A stretch of DNA of 64,000 nt from Microthyrium microscopicum (lineage: Eukaryota): the NCBI GenBank assembly GCA_010405405.1, contig MU004235.1, positions 1,316,538 to 1,380,537 of the forward strand, given 5' to 3'. Position numbers and translations under genes: made by a program. Of the stretch, positions 38,486-49,640 are shown piece after piece; position 1 is the first letter of the stretch, and each line of letters begins with the position of its first letter. The notes beneath the pieces are model-generated. The model saw only the letters and a program-made list of their open reading frames with translations, searched no databases and was not told where the DNA came from.

Positions 38486-40383
38486 ATGTCCAACGGAAAT
38501 GTCCAATCTTCCGAGCCTGCCAAGATGAATGGCGACTCCTCTCACTATCTCGATTTTCGACGCGCTGTCGAGTTCTGCAATGAACTCGACTCTGGCGATG
38601 GACTCTCGGTGCAGTCTCTGATGGACTCGAAAGCCAACGGCGGTCTGACGTACAATGACTTTCTGATCTTGCCTGGATACATCGGTACGAACTTTGGTGT
38701 TTGACGTCGCGCTATCTCGAGTCTAACTTTTGCAAGGATTTCCTGCCAGTGAAGTGACACTCGACTCGCCTATTACCAAGAAAATCACACTCAAGACACC
38801 ATTTGTCTCCTCTCCTATGGATACCGTTACCGAACACAACATGGCTATTCATATGGCTCTTCTTGGTGGACTCGGTGTCATTCACCACAACTGCTCTATC
38901 GAAGAACAAGCCGAGATGGTTCGCAAGGTCAAGCGATTCGAAAACGGCTTCATCCTAGATCCCGTCGTTATTTCCCCAAATACTACAGTTGGCGAAGCCC
39001 GCGCCTTGAAAGAGAGATGGGGCTTTGGAGGTTTCCCAGTCACAGGTCAGTCATATGCTCTTTGTCTGCCCTTGAGTTCGATGATGTTCAACCTTTATTA
39101 TAACTTTCGTTCATCCGCAGCATCAGTATTCGCTGATGTAATGGGGAGTCATAATGTTTTCTATCTGAGAAGAACTACCAGTTCAAACCCACGTCAATCT
39201 TCTGGCTGCAATTTACTGACATGATTGCACAGAGTCCGGAAAGCTACGATCCAAACTTATTGGAATTGTCACTAATCGTGATATCCAATTTCATGATGAT
39301 CTCGACGCTCCCGTTACAGATGTCATGGCGACCGATCTCATAACTGCTCGAGAAGGCATTACCTTGAAAGAGGCAAATACCATTCTCCGAAAGTCGAAGA
39401 AGGGCAAACTTCCCATTGTCGATGACAGCTCCAACCTCATCTCTCTTCTATCACGATCCGATCTTACCAAGAACCTTCACTATCCTCTTGCGTCCAAATC
39501 TCCTTCCTCTAAACAGCTTCTAGCTGCTGCGGCTATTGGCACTCGACCAGATGATAAGACACGTCTCCAGCACTTGATTGACGCTGGTCTCGACATTGTC
39601 ATCCTCGACTCCAGCCAAGGCAACAGCATGTACCAGATCGAAATGATCAAATACATCAAGGCAACTCACCCACAGATCGAAGTCATCGGCGGAAACGTCG
39701 TGACTCGTCATCAAGCTGCTTCACTAATTGCTGCTGGTGTCGATGGTCTGCGCATTGGTATGGGCAGTGGTAGCGCCTGCATTACCCAAGAAGTTATGGC
39801 TGTTGGCCGACCACAAGCGACTGCAGTATACAACGTTGCGACTTTTGCTGCTCGCTTCGGTGTTCCATGCATTGCTGACGGTGGTATCCAGAACGTTGGC
39901 CACATCGTTAAAGGTATCGCAATGGGTGCTTCCACGGTCATGATGGGCGGTCTTCTTGCTGGCTGCAACGAGAGTCCTGGATCATACTTCGTCAGTCAAG
40001 ACGGTAAGCTCGTCAAGTCTTATCGCGGTATGGGTTCCATCGATGCCATGGAAGACAAGAAAGCTGCCGGTGGAGCAAAGGATTCCAAGACATCCAACGC
40101 TGCAAATGCAGGAACTGCCCGTTATTTCAGTGAAGGCGATCGTCTACTCGTTGCTCAAGGTGTGAGTGGCAGTGTGGCGGACCGTGGTAGTGTGACCAAG
40201 TTCTTGCCATATCTGAATGCTGGTGTGCAGCACTCGATGCAGGATATTGGTGTGCAGAGCCTCGAGCAATTCAAGGCTTCGATTCTGAGTGGAGCTGTCC
40301 GCTTTGAGCTGCGGACTGTGAGTGCTCAGGCGGAGGGTAACATTACTGGCATGACGACCTATGAGAAGAAGCTCTATTCGTAG
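38486..40383 (+). CDS. IMD4: Inosine-5'-monophosphate dehydrogenase
   Basis: [24 protein letters not shown] pair, [20 protein letters not shown] (catalytic Cys), YRGMGS. Introns ~38685-38736 and 39046-39232. Confidence 0.97.
39075..39176 (+). ncRNA. snR54: Intronic box C/D snoRNA, snR54-like (18S rRNA 2'-O-methylation guide)
   Basis: C box atgatgt (39081), guide taactttcgttca (39101-39113) complementary to 18S UGAACGAAAGUUA, D box ctga (39165-68), terminal stem agttc/gaact. The host is an IMPDH intron, as for yeast snR54 in IMD4. Confidence 0.85.
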
Positions 40384-40507
40384 TCTTATCATGGGATTGG
40401 CGTTTGTGTTGGGTGGTATTGTTGCGGCATTGCTGGGTCGGATGTGATTAATGTGATTCCAAAATGAGGCGACGTTATGTATGAAACTAAATATTCTGCT
40501 AGTCAGA

Positions 40508-40722
40508 CAACCGCATGACAAAATAACTGGCGTTCTCCCATCAACCTTGCTGGCTCCCACGAAAGCTTTTAATCAAGCGGTGTTATACTTTCCATCGCAT
40601 TCGATAAACGATCCAAGTCTGGACACTATATATGATGAATAAAGTACTCGATACCAAAGCGGGTGTTGTGTAGGAGCTCTCGAAGTCGATGGGGGCACGC
40701 CATTCATTTTGTCCATTGGTTG
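40508..40722. mobile_element. MITE, CAAC...GTTG family, 215 bp
   Basis: caaccgcatgacaaaataactggcgttctcccatc...gatgggggcacgccattcattttgtccattggttg, with 5-bp TSD tcaga (40503-07, 40723-27). Confidence 0.82.
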
Positions 40723-40938
40723 TCAGATAGAAATAAAATTCTCAGGAACATAAAATCCGAAGTGATGTTGAGCAACCATTAATATGCTGAGCGAGATCCA
40801 AAGACTGCGATGTGATGAAATTCTGATTTTTATAGCCTCGAACTCCTGCCACTTCTAACCTCTGACTTTATCAATTTCTTATCCCCGCAACAACTTGTTC
40901 TATCACAATTTCTGTCTCGTGGAAACACATCTAGAAAG

Positions 40939-41795
40939 ATGGTCAATGCATTTGACCAAAAGAAGCAAAAAATACTATCCGCTCTCAACGTTTCAAATGA
41001 CGACTACACCGATCTCTCGCCAAAAGGATCCGTGGACGCTGGCATTCGCGACCTCATCGACGAAATCAATGCCGTGCCTGGCCTAGTCACTACAAGCAGT
41101 TGCGCAGGAAGAGTGTCTGTATTTCTCGAGGGCAAGAAACGGAGTGCTGCATTATTATCACAACAAGCACCACAAGCAGCTGAAAGTGAAAAGAGCAAGG
41201 AATCGGGTCCAACTGGCAAAGGCGGCGGACGATGGCTGTTTGTCAGTCACGATCCTGTCGCTCTCTCAATCAGTAAAGATGAAGAATCCATTAGTTTACT
41301 GGAGCGGTTGGGCTTGAAGCAAAGGACTGGCGAAGATGTACCTGAGGGAGCAAGTCTTGTTCACTTCAAATTCGAACCCATGGTACTGCCAAACATACAT
41401 CTCTACGTAACAAAAGATCTGACGGTACATAGATTCTGCACATCTTTACAGCATCTCTCCAAGAAGCCAATAAAGTACTCAGCGCCGCAAACGCAGCCGG
41501 TTTTCGCGAAAGTGGTGCTCTAAACCTAACAGCTGCCCAAGGTGCGACTGTGACACCGATGGTGGCTGTACGATCTGCTGGATTATCTTTTGATAGTATT
41601 GTAGCCTTTGAGTCTTCTGATGGGCGTGTTATCAGTTTGGTAGACGAGGGATATCTGAAGCTGTTGCTTGGGTTGTCGGATGAGAGGTTTCGTACGAATA
41701 CAGAGCGGATTGAGCGATTTCGATCACATCTTAAGCAGCAATGGGCAAAAGAGGGTAAAGGAGCGCGCGAGAAGAAAGTAGCGATATCAAGCTGA
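40939..41795 (+). CDS. TYW3: tRNA wybutosine-synthesizing protein 3 (methyltransferase)
   Basis: DLSPKGSVD, TTSSCAGR, GGRWLFVSH, FKFEPM|ILHI (intron 41383-41432), AGFRESG, MVAVRS. Confidence 0.93.
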
Positions 41796-42180
41796 TTCTC
41801 ACATTTTCTTGAAGCTCTCAAAAACTCGAGTTATGGCGTTTGGTGGTGATATAGAAGGTTCTGGAAGGTTCCATAATAAGTGAGACCATGGCCGGTGATG
41901 TAATTGGCAGGAGCGGGGCAGAACTGGTTTGCAGGTTGCTTTGGCAGTGTTATGCTTGCAGTTCTCAACCAATGTGAGATGCATAACGAAGCTTTCATGT
42001 CATTCAATGATCGTCTGATAGCACTAATACTACTACTCCATACCAACACTACTTCATTCCACCTCCTACAGTACAAAGCACAACCTACTGTTGTCCTCAT
42101 TACCAACCAACCTCTCCCAATAACCTTCTTCGCTTACCAAGTTACCATCATACATTTGCCCCTCCATACTTCCATTCGCT

Positions 42181-43526
42181 ATGGTAGCTGAGACAAAGCT
42201 CTACGACCAATTAGGTATGTCTTGACCGACTGTTTGCACTCAACTGTTTCTAACCACGCTTTTCTTCCCAGGAATCAAGTCCGACGCAACCCAAGATGAG
42301 ATCAAAAAAGCCTACCGCAAAGCCGCTCTCAAGTGGCATCCCGACAAGAACAAAGACAATCCCGTAGCGACCGAGAAATTCAAAGGTATGTTTCTCTATC
42401 TCTCTTGCATAAGCCCCGCGTTTTTGCTCTGTTTTGCCGACACCGGTGTCTTTGGATACAACAAAGTTTAGTTTGAAACAAAAGTTTTGGTATAGCAATT
42501 GATTGCTGATTACAATTGTGTCTTAGAGGTCTCGCAAGCATACGAAATATTACACGATCCCGAAAAGCGGAAAATATACGATCAATATGGTCTCGCCGGC
42601 ATCCTCGGTGGTGCCAACGCAGCCCCTCCAGACCAAGATAGTGGAATGGGAGGCATGCCAAACTTTGGACAAGGTGGTGGATCGCGTGGAGGCGGCTTTG
42701 AACAGTTTGGAGGCTTTGGTGGTGGTGGAATGCCGCGATCTACTCAATTCCATTATTCGACCAGTGGTGGGCCAGGCGGATTCTCATTCTCCAATCCTGA
42801 GGATATCTTTGCAAATTTCTTCCGGAATGGTGGAATGCCTGGCGGATTCGATGATGATATGCCGAAAGGTAGAACTTCGAGGCGGTCATCGGCGAGAGGG
42901 TTTGATGGGATGGGGTCAAGAGCTTCGAAGCCAGAAGTAACTGTCGTGGAGAAGAAGTTGCCGCTTACGTTGGAAGAGATGTATTCAGGTACAACGAAGA
43001 AGATGAAGATTAAGAGAAAGAAGTTTGACCCGGATACTGGCAAGCAACAACTGGAAGATCGAATACTGGAGATGGTCATCAAACCGGGTATGAAAGCTGG
43101 CAGCAAGTTCAAATTCTCTGATGTCGGCGATCAAGTGGAAGGAGGTACACAAGATCTACATTTCATTGTAGAAGCCGTAAGTTACACCACCATCATCCAT
43201 TTTTGATCTACAATCAACTAACTTTGGAGCAGAAAGATCATCTACTCTTCACACGCGACAACGACGACATCAAACACACCATCGAAATTACACTCAAAGA
43301 AGCTCTTACCGGATGGACCCGGCAAGTCCCAACCATCAACGGCCAACAAGTTCCCGTCAGACACAGCGGACCAACACCTCCAGAATGGACTGAACGGTTC
43401 CCTAATCTCGGCATGCCCAAGCCCAAGAAACCTTCTGAGCGAGGTGACTTTGTTGTGGGCGTTAAGATCAAGTTCCCAACGAGTCTTACTCAACAACAGA
43501 AGGAAGTGCTCCGAGATGTCCTGTAG
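42181..43526 (+). CDS. SIS1: Type II Hsp40/DnaJ co-chaperone
   Basis: [25 protein letters not shown] (J domain), G/F-rich region, C-terminal DnaJ domain; three introns. Confidence 0.92.
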
Positions 43527-44174
43527 TAAGCAAATGATAATACGAATTTGAACGAAGTAGAACGAGTAGAATGGTCAAAAAAGGGATTACTCCATTCTCA
43601 GATGTATGAGTTATGATAATACGTTTAAGCGCTTGTGGCGCTAACCAAGTAGTGTTTTCAAGAGTTGCCTTTGCATTACGATGTCCTTTTGGCAGGGCGG
43701 ATATAGCACTATGAATATGAAATAATACATATCGACAAATAATTCTTTCCAGTCGATCAAGATATTCCAGGATATAAATCTTAAAGTCATGCTCTTCAAT
43801 CAAGTCAGCAATTATGGAGGATATACAGTGTTGTGAAGCTGTAGAGATAGAAAGTTCCTGCAGATCCTATTTAGGAAGTTGTATGTTACCTGATTGGGAA
43901 GGTACTCGATCTGATGAGTTCGCCCTAGCTCATTTGACGGCGCTAAGCGCGCTAACCATAGTTCAAGAATGTCAATATCGAAATGGTGGCCTTTTTTTGG
44001 CTTCACCTTTCCACTTCCCTTTCACACTCCAACATCCACAACTATAACTCTCTCCAAACCAAAAGCACACGAAATTCTGAGAACTGAAACTCCACTCTCT
44101 ACCAATCTATAGAACAATTCAACAGCCACCACAAAAACCACACTTACACCAACTGCCAAACCACCATCCTCACC

Positions 44175-44777
44175 ATGGAGACATTCACCCAACTCCCACT
44201 ATCCTACGACCCATCCACAAAACACACCACCATGCCCTCCCCCACACCCGCTCTAACCACCGAGCTCTCCGCCCTCAACACATTACACCGCGCTCTCACC
44301 GCCTCCCAATCAGACGCCCAATCCGGTATTCCCCCACCCCCTACCGCCGTAAACCCTAAACGCTCCGCACAAATCACCAAACTGCGCGAATCCGGTAACA
44401 CATCCTTCCGCGCGCAGAAATACGGCGACTCCATCCGTATGTACAGCCTCGGCATCGATATGGCTGCTGGTCGACCACTCTGGGAGCCAAGCGCAATTGC
44501 GAGGGAGGAGTTGGCTGGTCTATATGCGAATCGCGCGCAAGCGCATATGGCGATGAGCAGTTGGCCGGAGGGCGCGGTGGATGCAAAGTGTAGTGTGGAG
44601 TTGAAGAAGCAGGGGAATGTGAAGGCTTGGTGGAGACGGGGGAAGTGTTTGGCGGAGATGGGGAGAGGGGAGGAGGCGGAGCGGTGGGTGGGTGAGGCGA
44701 TTGAGTTTGAGGGACAGGAGGCGGAGTTGGTGGAGTTGTTGGAGGAGGTTAGGAAGAGTTTGGAGAGGAAGAAGTGA
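44175..44777 (+). CDS. SEC72: Sec63-complex subunit Sec72 (TPR protein)
   Basis: FTQLPL..D, PPPP..VNPKRSAQITKLRESGN, RPLWEP, LYANRAQA, KAWWRRGKCL. Confidence 0.9.
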   Translation: METFTQLPLSYDPSTKHTTMPSPTPALTTELSALNTLHRALTASQSDAQSGIPPPPTAVNPKRSAQITKLRESGNTSFRAQKYGDSIRMYSLGIDMAAGRPLWEPSAIAREELAGLYANRAQAHMAMSSWPEGAVDAKCSVELKKQGNVKAWWRRGKCLAEMGRGEEAERWVGEAIEFEGQEAELVELLEEVRKSLERKK

Positions 44778-44931
44778 TGATTGAGTTGGGGTTTGGGGAT
44801 TGGATGGCGTTTGGGATTTCATGGGACTGGGAAACTGCTCAGTTTGACAGATCATAAGCATGTAGGATATGCAGTATTGAAGCCGCTACACTTATTAAGT
44901 CTTTAAGAAAATCTCCTTCAAGTACAGCTGC

Positions 44932-45140
44932 ATTCGGATGCGATGACTCTAATTGAGTGCGATAGCTCTGATCGAATGCGATAGTTCTGATCGAATGCGA
45001 TAATGCAGATCGAATGCGATAGTTATTATCGACTGGGATACTTACTATCGAGTGGGACACTTATTATCGAGTGGGATACTTATTATCGATTGGGATACTT
45101 ATGATCGACTCTGATACTTCCGATCAAGTGTGTTATTCAT
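44932..45140. repeat. 19-bp-unit minisatellite, ~11 units
   Basis: Units in exact 19-bp register, e.g. gatcgaatgcgatagttct and tatcgagtgggatacttat. Confidence 0.85.
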
Positions 45141-45263
45141 TTGTCCAATGTTTTCACTTCTATTGACACTCCTAAGCCTTGGATGGCCTAACGGGTATAT
45201 AGAGCTAGTTCCCAACGTCTCATGAATCATGATAGTGTATCTTTACCACTCCCAAAATCCCCG

Positions 45264-46979
45264 TCAAATACCTCCATATTTCCAAGAACACCACTCAACC
45301 CATTGTCCGATAATTGAATCAACCTCTCTAACCGCCCCCGTAGTCCCCTCAATCTCAAACCACTCTCTATGCTCCGTTCCACACCCACACTCTTTGCTTA
45401 CACGCATCCCCAACATCTCTAAATGCAAATGCACGAGTCTCTCCACCTTGCCCACATACACCACTTTTGCCTCCTCGCCCTGTGGATAGTACCGAAGTAG
45501 TGTGATCGGATAACCGCACTGTTTCGTCCACTGCGCCATCCGCTGATGTACGTTCGCTGCGCGGCCAATCTTTAGCGATATGGTGCGCCGTTCGCGGGGT
45601 GGGAGACGTGCGTTGGAGGATGTTTGGAAAAATCGGCGCCTCAACACGTCTTCTTGGTCCCCAGAAGAGCGAGAGAGGGAAGCGGCGGAAATAATGGAAG
45701 CGGCAGCGTCGCTCTCCGCGCGGGTTACGGCGAAAGGCGTTTGCCAGAACATGTAGATATATCCTTCATCATCGTGCTTGGTTGGTGGCTCGCTCATGGA
45801 TGTGAGGAGTTTGGCGTAGGCTAGGCGGACGGTGTCAGTGGCATTTGGGGGTAGGGCGGGTGTCCAGTTGGCTAAGTTGGAGGGACGGTTCTCTGGGCTG
45901 GATTTGGAGCGTGGGGCAAGTGGTTTGCGGGTGGGGAGTGGTTGACGAGAATCGGAGTGGGTGAGATGGGGATGTTGATAAGGAGTTGGGTTAATATCGC
46001 GGTAGACGTGGAGGGTGTCGCTTTTGCGGCGTTGTTTGGACTGTGGTGCGGGTAGATGGGAGAGAGATGTTGGATATTGTCGGCATGGGTTGCTGGAGAG
46101 AGCGACGCCAGAATCTGGTCGGTCGATATTTGATTGACGACGACTTTTGGCTGTTGGTGTCGCTGGTAGAGGAGCATTTCCTGCCGTTGGGACTAGAAAG
46201 CGGTCCTCTGGAGCGACAGTGGATATCATTGGCTTCGGAGAGCGCCGTGGTGATCGGCTTGTATTCTGGCTTGAACGTCTTCGTTCTCTGACGCGCGGCG
46301 GAGAAGTTGATGAGCCGGATCCCGAAAAGCATGCAAATAGGCCAGAGAAAATGCTCTCCTTCTTCTGCAGCCTTGGACGCCGTTGTTGTGGTGATGGTGG
46401 TGATAGACTGACTTTGGTGAGGTTGATAGGCGACCCGCTGGAGAACTCTCTCTGGTCTCGATGTCTACCAGCGACTCTCACAGCTGGTGGCCGTGCCAAT
46501 CTCTCTGAGAAGCTATCATAGCGTGGTGAACCAACCGGCCTGCGTCGGACTGCTGGAGGTTGTCGAGATGGTTGTGGAGTATCTAGAACAGATACATCGT
46601 CGTCTGCTTCCTCTTCGACCTCTTCAAGGCCAAGGTTTCTGAATACAGTTTCCAAACTCGCGCGCTCTTCTATATCAATACTATCGACTTCCGAGCTCTT
46701 GCTTTCCCGTTTCAAAATGTTCGCCTGTTCTTTATGTTGCCAACAGAAGAAAACTGCTGGATCTTGGTCCTTGTGAGGAATGAGAATAGTTCCTTTAATG
46801 GTATATCTTGCTGAAGGTACAGAGTCTTTTGCAGCTAAAGACCTCCTGCATGCTCTACCTTTATCAGTAGTGCCATGACAGGTTAGTAAGGCCTGTTTGC
46901 TGTCTTTGCGACGTAGTCCAGAGTATGATGATTCCGGTGTCCGTCCGAATGATGGTCTTGAGCTAGATGGAGAGGACAT
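45264..46979 (-). CDS. T5orf172/MUG113 (DUF1766, GIY-YIG-like) domain protein
   Basis: N-terminal CHGTTDKGRACRR...FCWQHKEQA; C-terminal GYIYMF, LKIGRAANVHQRMAQWTKQC, VERLVHLHL, C.CGTEHREWF. Confidence 0.87.
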   Translation of the reverse strand: MSSPSSSRPSFGRTPESSYSGLRRKDSKQALLTCHGTTDKGRACRRSLAAKDSVPSARYTIKGTILIPHKDQDPAVFFCWQHKEQANILKRESKSSEVDSIDIEERASLETVFRNLGLEEVEEEADDDVSVLDTPQPSRQPPAVRRRPVGSPRYDSFSERLARPPAVRVAGRHRDQREFSSGSPINLTKVSLSPPSPQQRRPRLQKKESIFSGLFACFSGSGSSTSPPRVRERRRSSQNTSRSPRRSPKPMISTVAPEDRFLVPTAGNAPLPATPTAKSRRQSNIDRPDSGVALSSNPCRQYPTSLSHLPAPQSKQRRKSDTLHVYRDINPTPYQHPHLTHSDSRQPLPTRKPLAPRSKSSPENRPSNLANWTPALPPNATDTVRLAYAKLLTSMSEPPTKHDDEGYIYMFWQTPFAVTRAESDAAASIISAASLSRSSGDQEDVLRRRFFQTSSNARLPPRERRTISLKIGRAANVHQRMAQWTKQCGYPITLLRYYPQGEEAKVVYVGKVERLVHLHLEMLGMRVSKECGCGTEHREWFEIEGTTGAVREVDSIIGQWVEWCSWKYGGI

Positions 46980-47628
46980 TGAACCTGTCAGTATTTTGAG
47001 AAGCAAAAAGAAGAAATGGCTAAGTGGTAATAATGGCTAAAAGGTTAGATATACACTAGCAGAAACATAGGATCTACAATCGCCACGGAATGCACAGCTT
47101 TGACCCTTGAGCCAGTGAGGTCTTTCCTGACCGCGTTTGCAGGAGATGTCACTGAGGTACGCAGTCCCTCTGACTGGCTCTCAGTTTTCCAGGAAACATT
47201 GTTGCCTACAATACTCTACTGGCGAAGGTGGCTGGCTGTTGATGATTCACTTGAGGAGGTTGGGCCGCAACCTTGGAACTCCTGAACGGCCAGGGGCCAT
47301 CTCCATATGTGGCGCAGTAAGTTGGCTGCGCCTCATACATACTCGCCCAAAAACAACAACTATTCCTCATTATCGCTCAGCCTACTTCTTGATTTTCGAT
47401 ATCCTCATTCCAATCTTTGATGTCTAATGTGATGTTAGAGGAAACGTGTCATTCTGGTAGCTGTGTTGGATATCAGTCGCTACACAAGCTTACTGTCAAA
47501 CCTACCTAACCGATCAATCCGACAGCATCTTTCAAGTGCTAAGGTATGCTCCAAGTCTTGTCCTTGGATATTACCAGATAGCACTCCCTCTTCTTTACAG
47601 ACAGTGCTGTTGATTGTTGTTGTTAGAG

Positions 47629-48250
47629 ATGAAGCTCTACAACACTTGCTTGACTCTAAACATAACGGCGAACAAATTCAATCGCCAAGACGATGAGGGT
47701 CTTGATGCGGTCAATGCCGGATTTGATGGCAAAGGTCTTAAAATGAATGAGAATAGGATTTCTTGATGACTTTTATCGTCGAAGTGAATACTGCCCGTTC
47801 TGTCGTTTAGTATACGCAGCAGCACATTCAAAGAATGGAGTGGGTATTGGCCATGATGGAGTAGGCCGCGAGGGCAATCGAATACCTTGTTGGCTAGACT
47901 GGCAGCGGGATGGACGGCATCCCGATCAAACGAGTGCTACACAATTTTCCCAAGCTTTGACTAGGCGTCTTCGACTTTTCAGCGAGAAGGATGACTTTGA
48001 GCCTTGCTACCTTGTTCCTCTTCAAGAAAATAGGAATTTCGAAAAACGATCCTTCCAACCTCTCAGCCGAAACCTATGCCATGATGGATCAGATTATCGA
48101 AATGGTGGAAGTCATGGTCGCGGCATCATCTCATGCCTAAGGCCTTCTCGAGTACGGGCATCAAATCTACCTGAGAGGAGAAACCGCTCGAGTTTTCCCT
48201 TGAGCATCCGGTTTGAAGCTATTTTGATGTCCATACTTATTCTTTAAGCA
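47629..48250 (+). pseudogene. Remnant of the N-terminus of a HET-domain-type protein
   Basis: MKLYNTCLTLNIT (LCxxC with C>Y), frameshift, IGFLDDFYRRSEYCPFCRLVY, then decay with no HET core. Confidence 0.5.
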
Positions 48251-48383
48251 CTTCGAATCGGTCGACCTCAACTCTTACAGATCGCGCTGGCTCCCATGTG
48301 ACGTGAAGCATTCTATCATTGTTACAGGGGATAATATATACAAATTTGAATGAACCAACTGATTCTTTCATAAGTCAAATCTC

Positions 48384-49640
48384 CTATGGTACTCCTACAT
48401 AAATCTTGAGAATGTTAGCACAGTGATCCGAAAAGAAAACATAGGAGACTTACATTGTTAACAGCCATGATCGCCTCCATCCCATTGTTCTTCATCGACG
48501 CATCGAAGGGATGTTTAGTTGAGTCATAAGAAGCAGTGAGGTGAATCTCATCGCCCTTCTTGATATTTCCGATATTGGTGCACACGGCGTTGTCACTGAT
48601 ATGTTGCTTGCCAGATGGATCTACTGATGTCTTCTTTCTGCCGTACAGCTGTTGAGATGTGCAGACTGGCTTATCATTGACGAATAAAACGGTGTTCAGA
48701 CCACCCTAGAGATGTCAGTTCTGGCGATAGTCAAGCTGCGAGATATCCATACCTCGTGCACATGTCCCGCAACAAAGATAATCTTGCCAGTGATGCTAGA
48801 CTTCCAGGTATATGATTTTAGATCATATTTTCCAGATTGTGGAGAGAACCAAGTTCCTCCGCATCCACCGAGATCTAGCCAAGCAGTGATAATCTTTTTA
48901 AAGTCCTTTGCTTCCGCTGCTGGAATATATTCGTATGTCTAGAGGGTTAGCTAATGAGAAAATGGAGATTTAGAGAACGTACTTGAGTTGCGTACACCTC
49001 GACAGAGGTATTGCCTGTATTGATGGCATTAAATCTCAGCGCGAAGAAATCCTCATTATCGGAATAGTAGCCATACTTTTGGCCATCAGTGTTAAATCTT
49101 GCTGTTATTCTCTCATTGCCAGTGATGTACAACCGATTTGGTTGCGGAAGATTGAAGCTTCTGCAGACTTCATCTCTATCGCCTCCAGTAAGAACATAAA
49201 TATGCTACATCGGGTCAGTTTGACATCTTTAAGTCAACGTGATCGCATCATGTCCTGGAGCATACCTGAAGCATTGGTCCTTTGTCAAGAGTTGCCGGTG
49301 TTCCATCTTTAAACTCAAGTCCGCCTTGAACCGCCGTAATCCAGCAATCTTTACATGGACTTCCTCCATCTGTGATCCATTGCAGCATATCATCAACTCC
49401 CTTTCCTGGCGCCAGCGTAAAAGGTCCCTGTCGAAGCTTTATCGTCTTGGTGCCTTCTCTTGGTTTATCTGGATTAAGATCTGGCTCCGTCTTGAATCCA
49501 GCCGGAAGTGGAAAGATATCATTGCCACCCGTGCTATTCGCCGGCACTTCTAGTGACGGAGAAGTGCTTGATTTCCTGTCTATAACAGCAGCTTGCGCCA
49601 AACATGCTGCTAACAGTGAGACGAGAGCAAGTCTTGCCAT
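48384..49640 (-). CDS. Secreted protein, copper-monooxygenase / SURNod19-like fold
   Basis: Signal peptide MARLALVSLLAACLAQA; PCKDCWIT, PMLQH, GNER, GHVHEGG, C-terminal MEAIMAV; four introns. Confidence 0.7.

Noticed and set aside
38486..40383. IMPDH as a self-resistance gene of a mycophenolate-type cluster
   Set aside because: No biosynthetic genes are adjacent; the snoRNA-hosting intron and housekeeping neighbours indicate the core copy.
42386..42527. Longer SIS1 intron with gacaccggtgtc palindrome as a snoRNA host
   Set aside because: No convincing C/D or H/ACA boxes or rRNA guide seen.
44932..45140. CRISPR-like array
   Set aside because: Units are contiguous with no unique spacers, there are no cas genes, and the context is eukaryotic.
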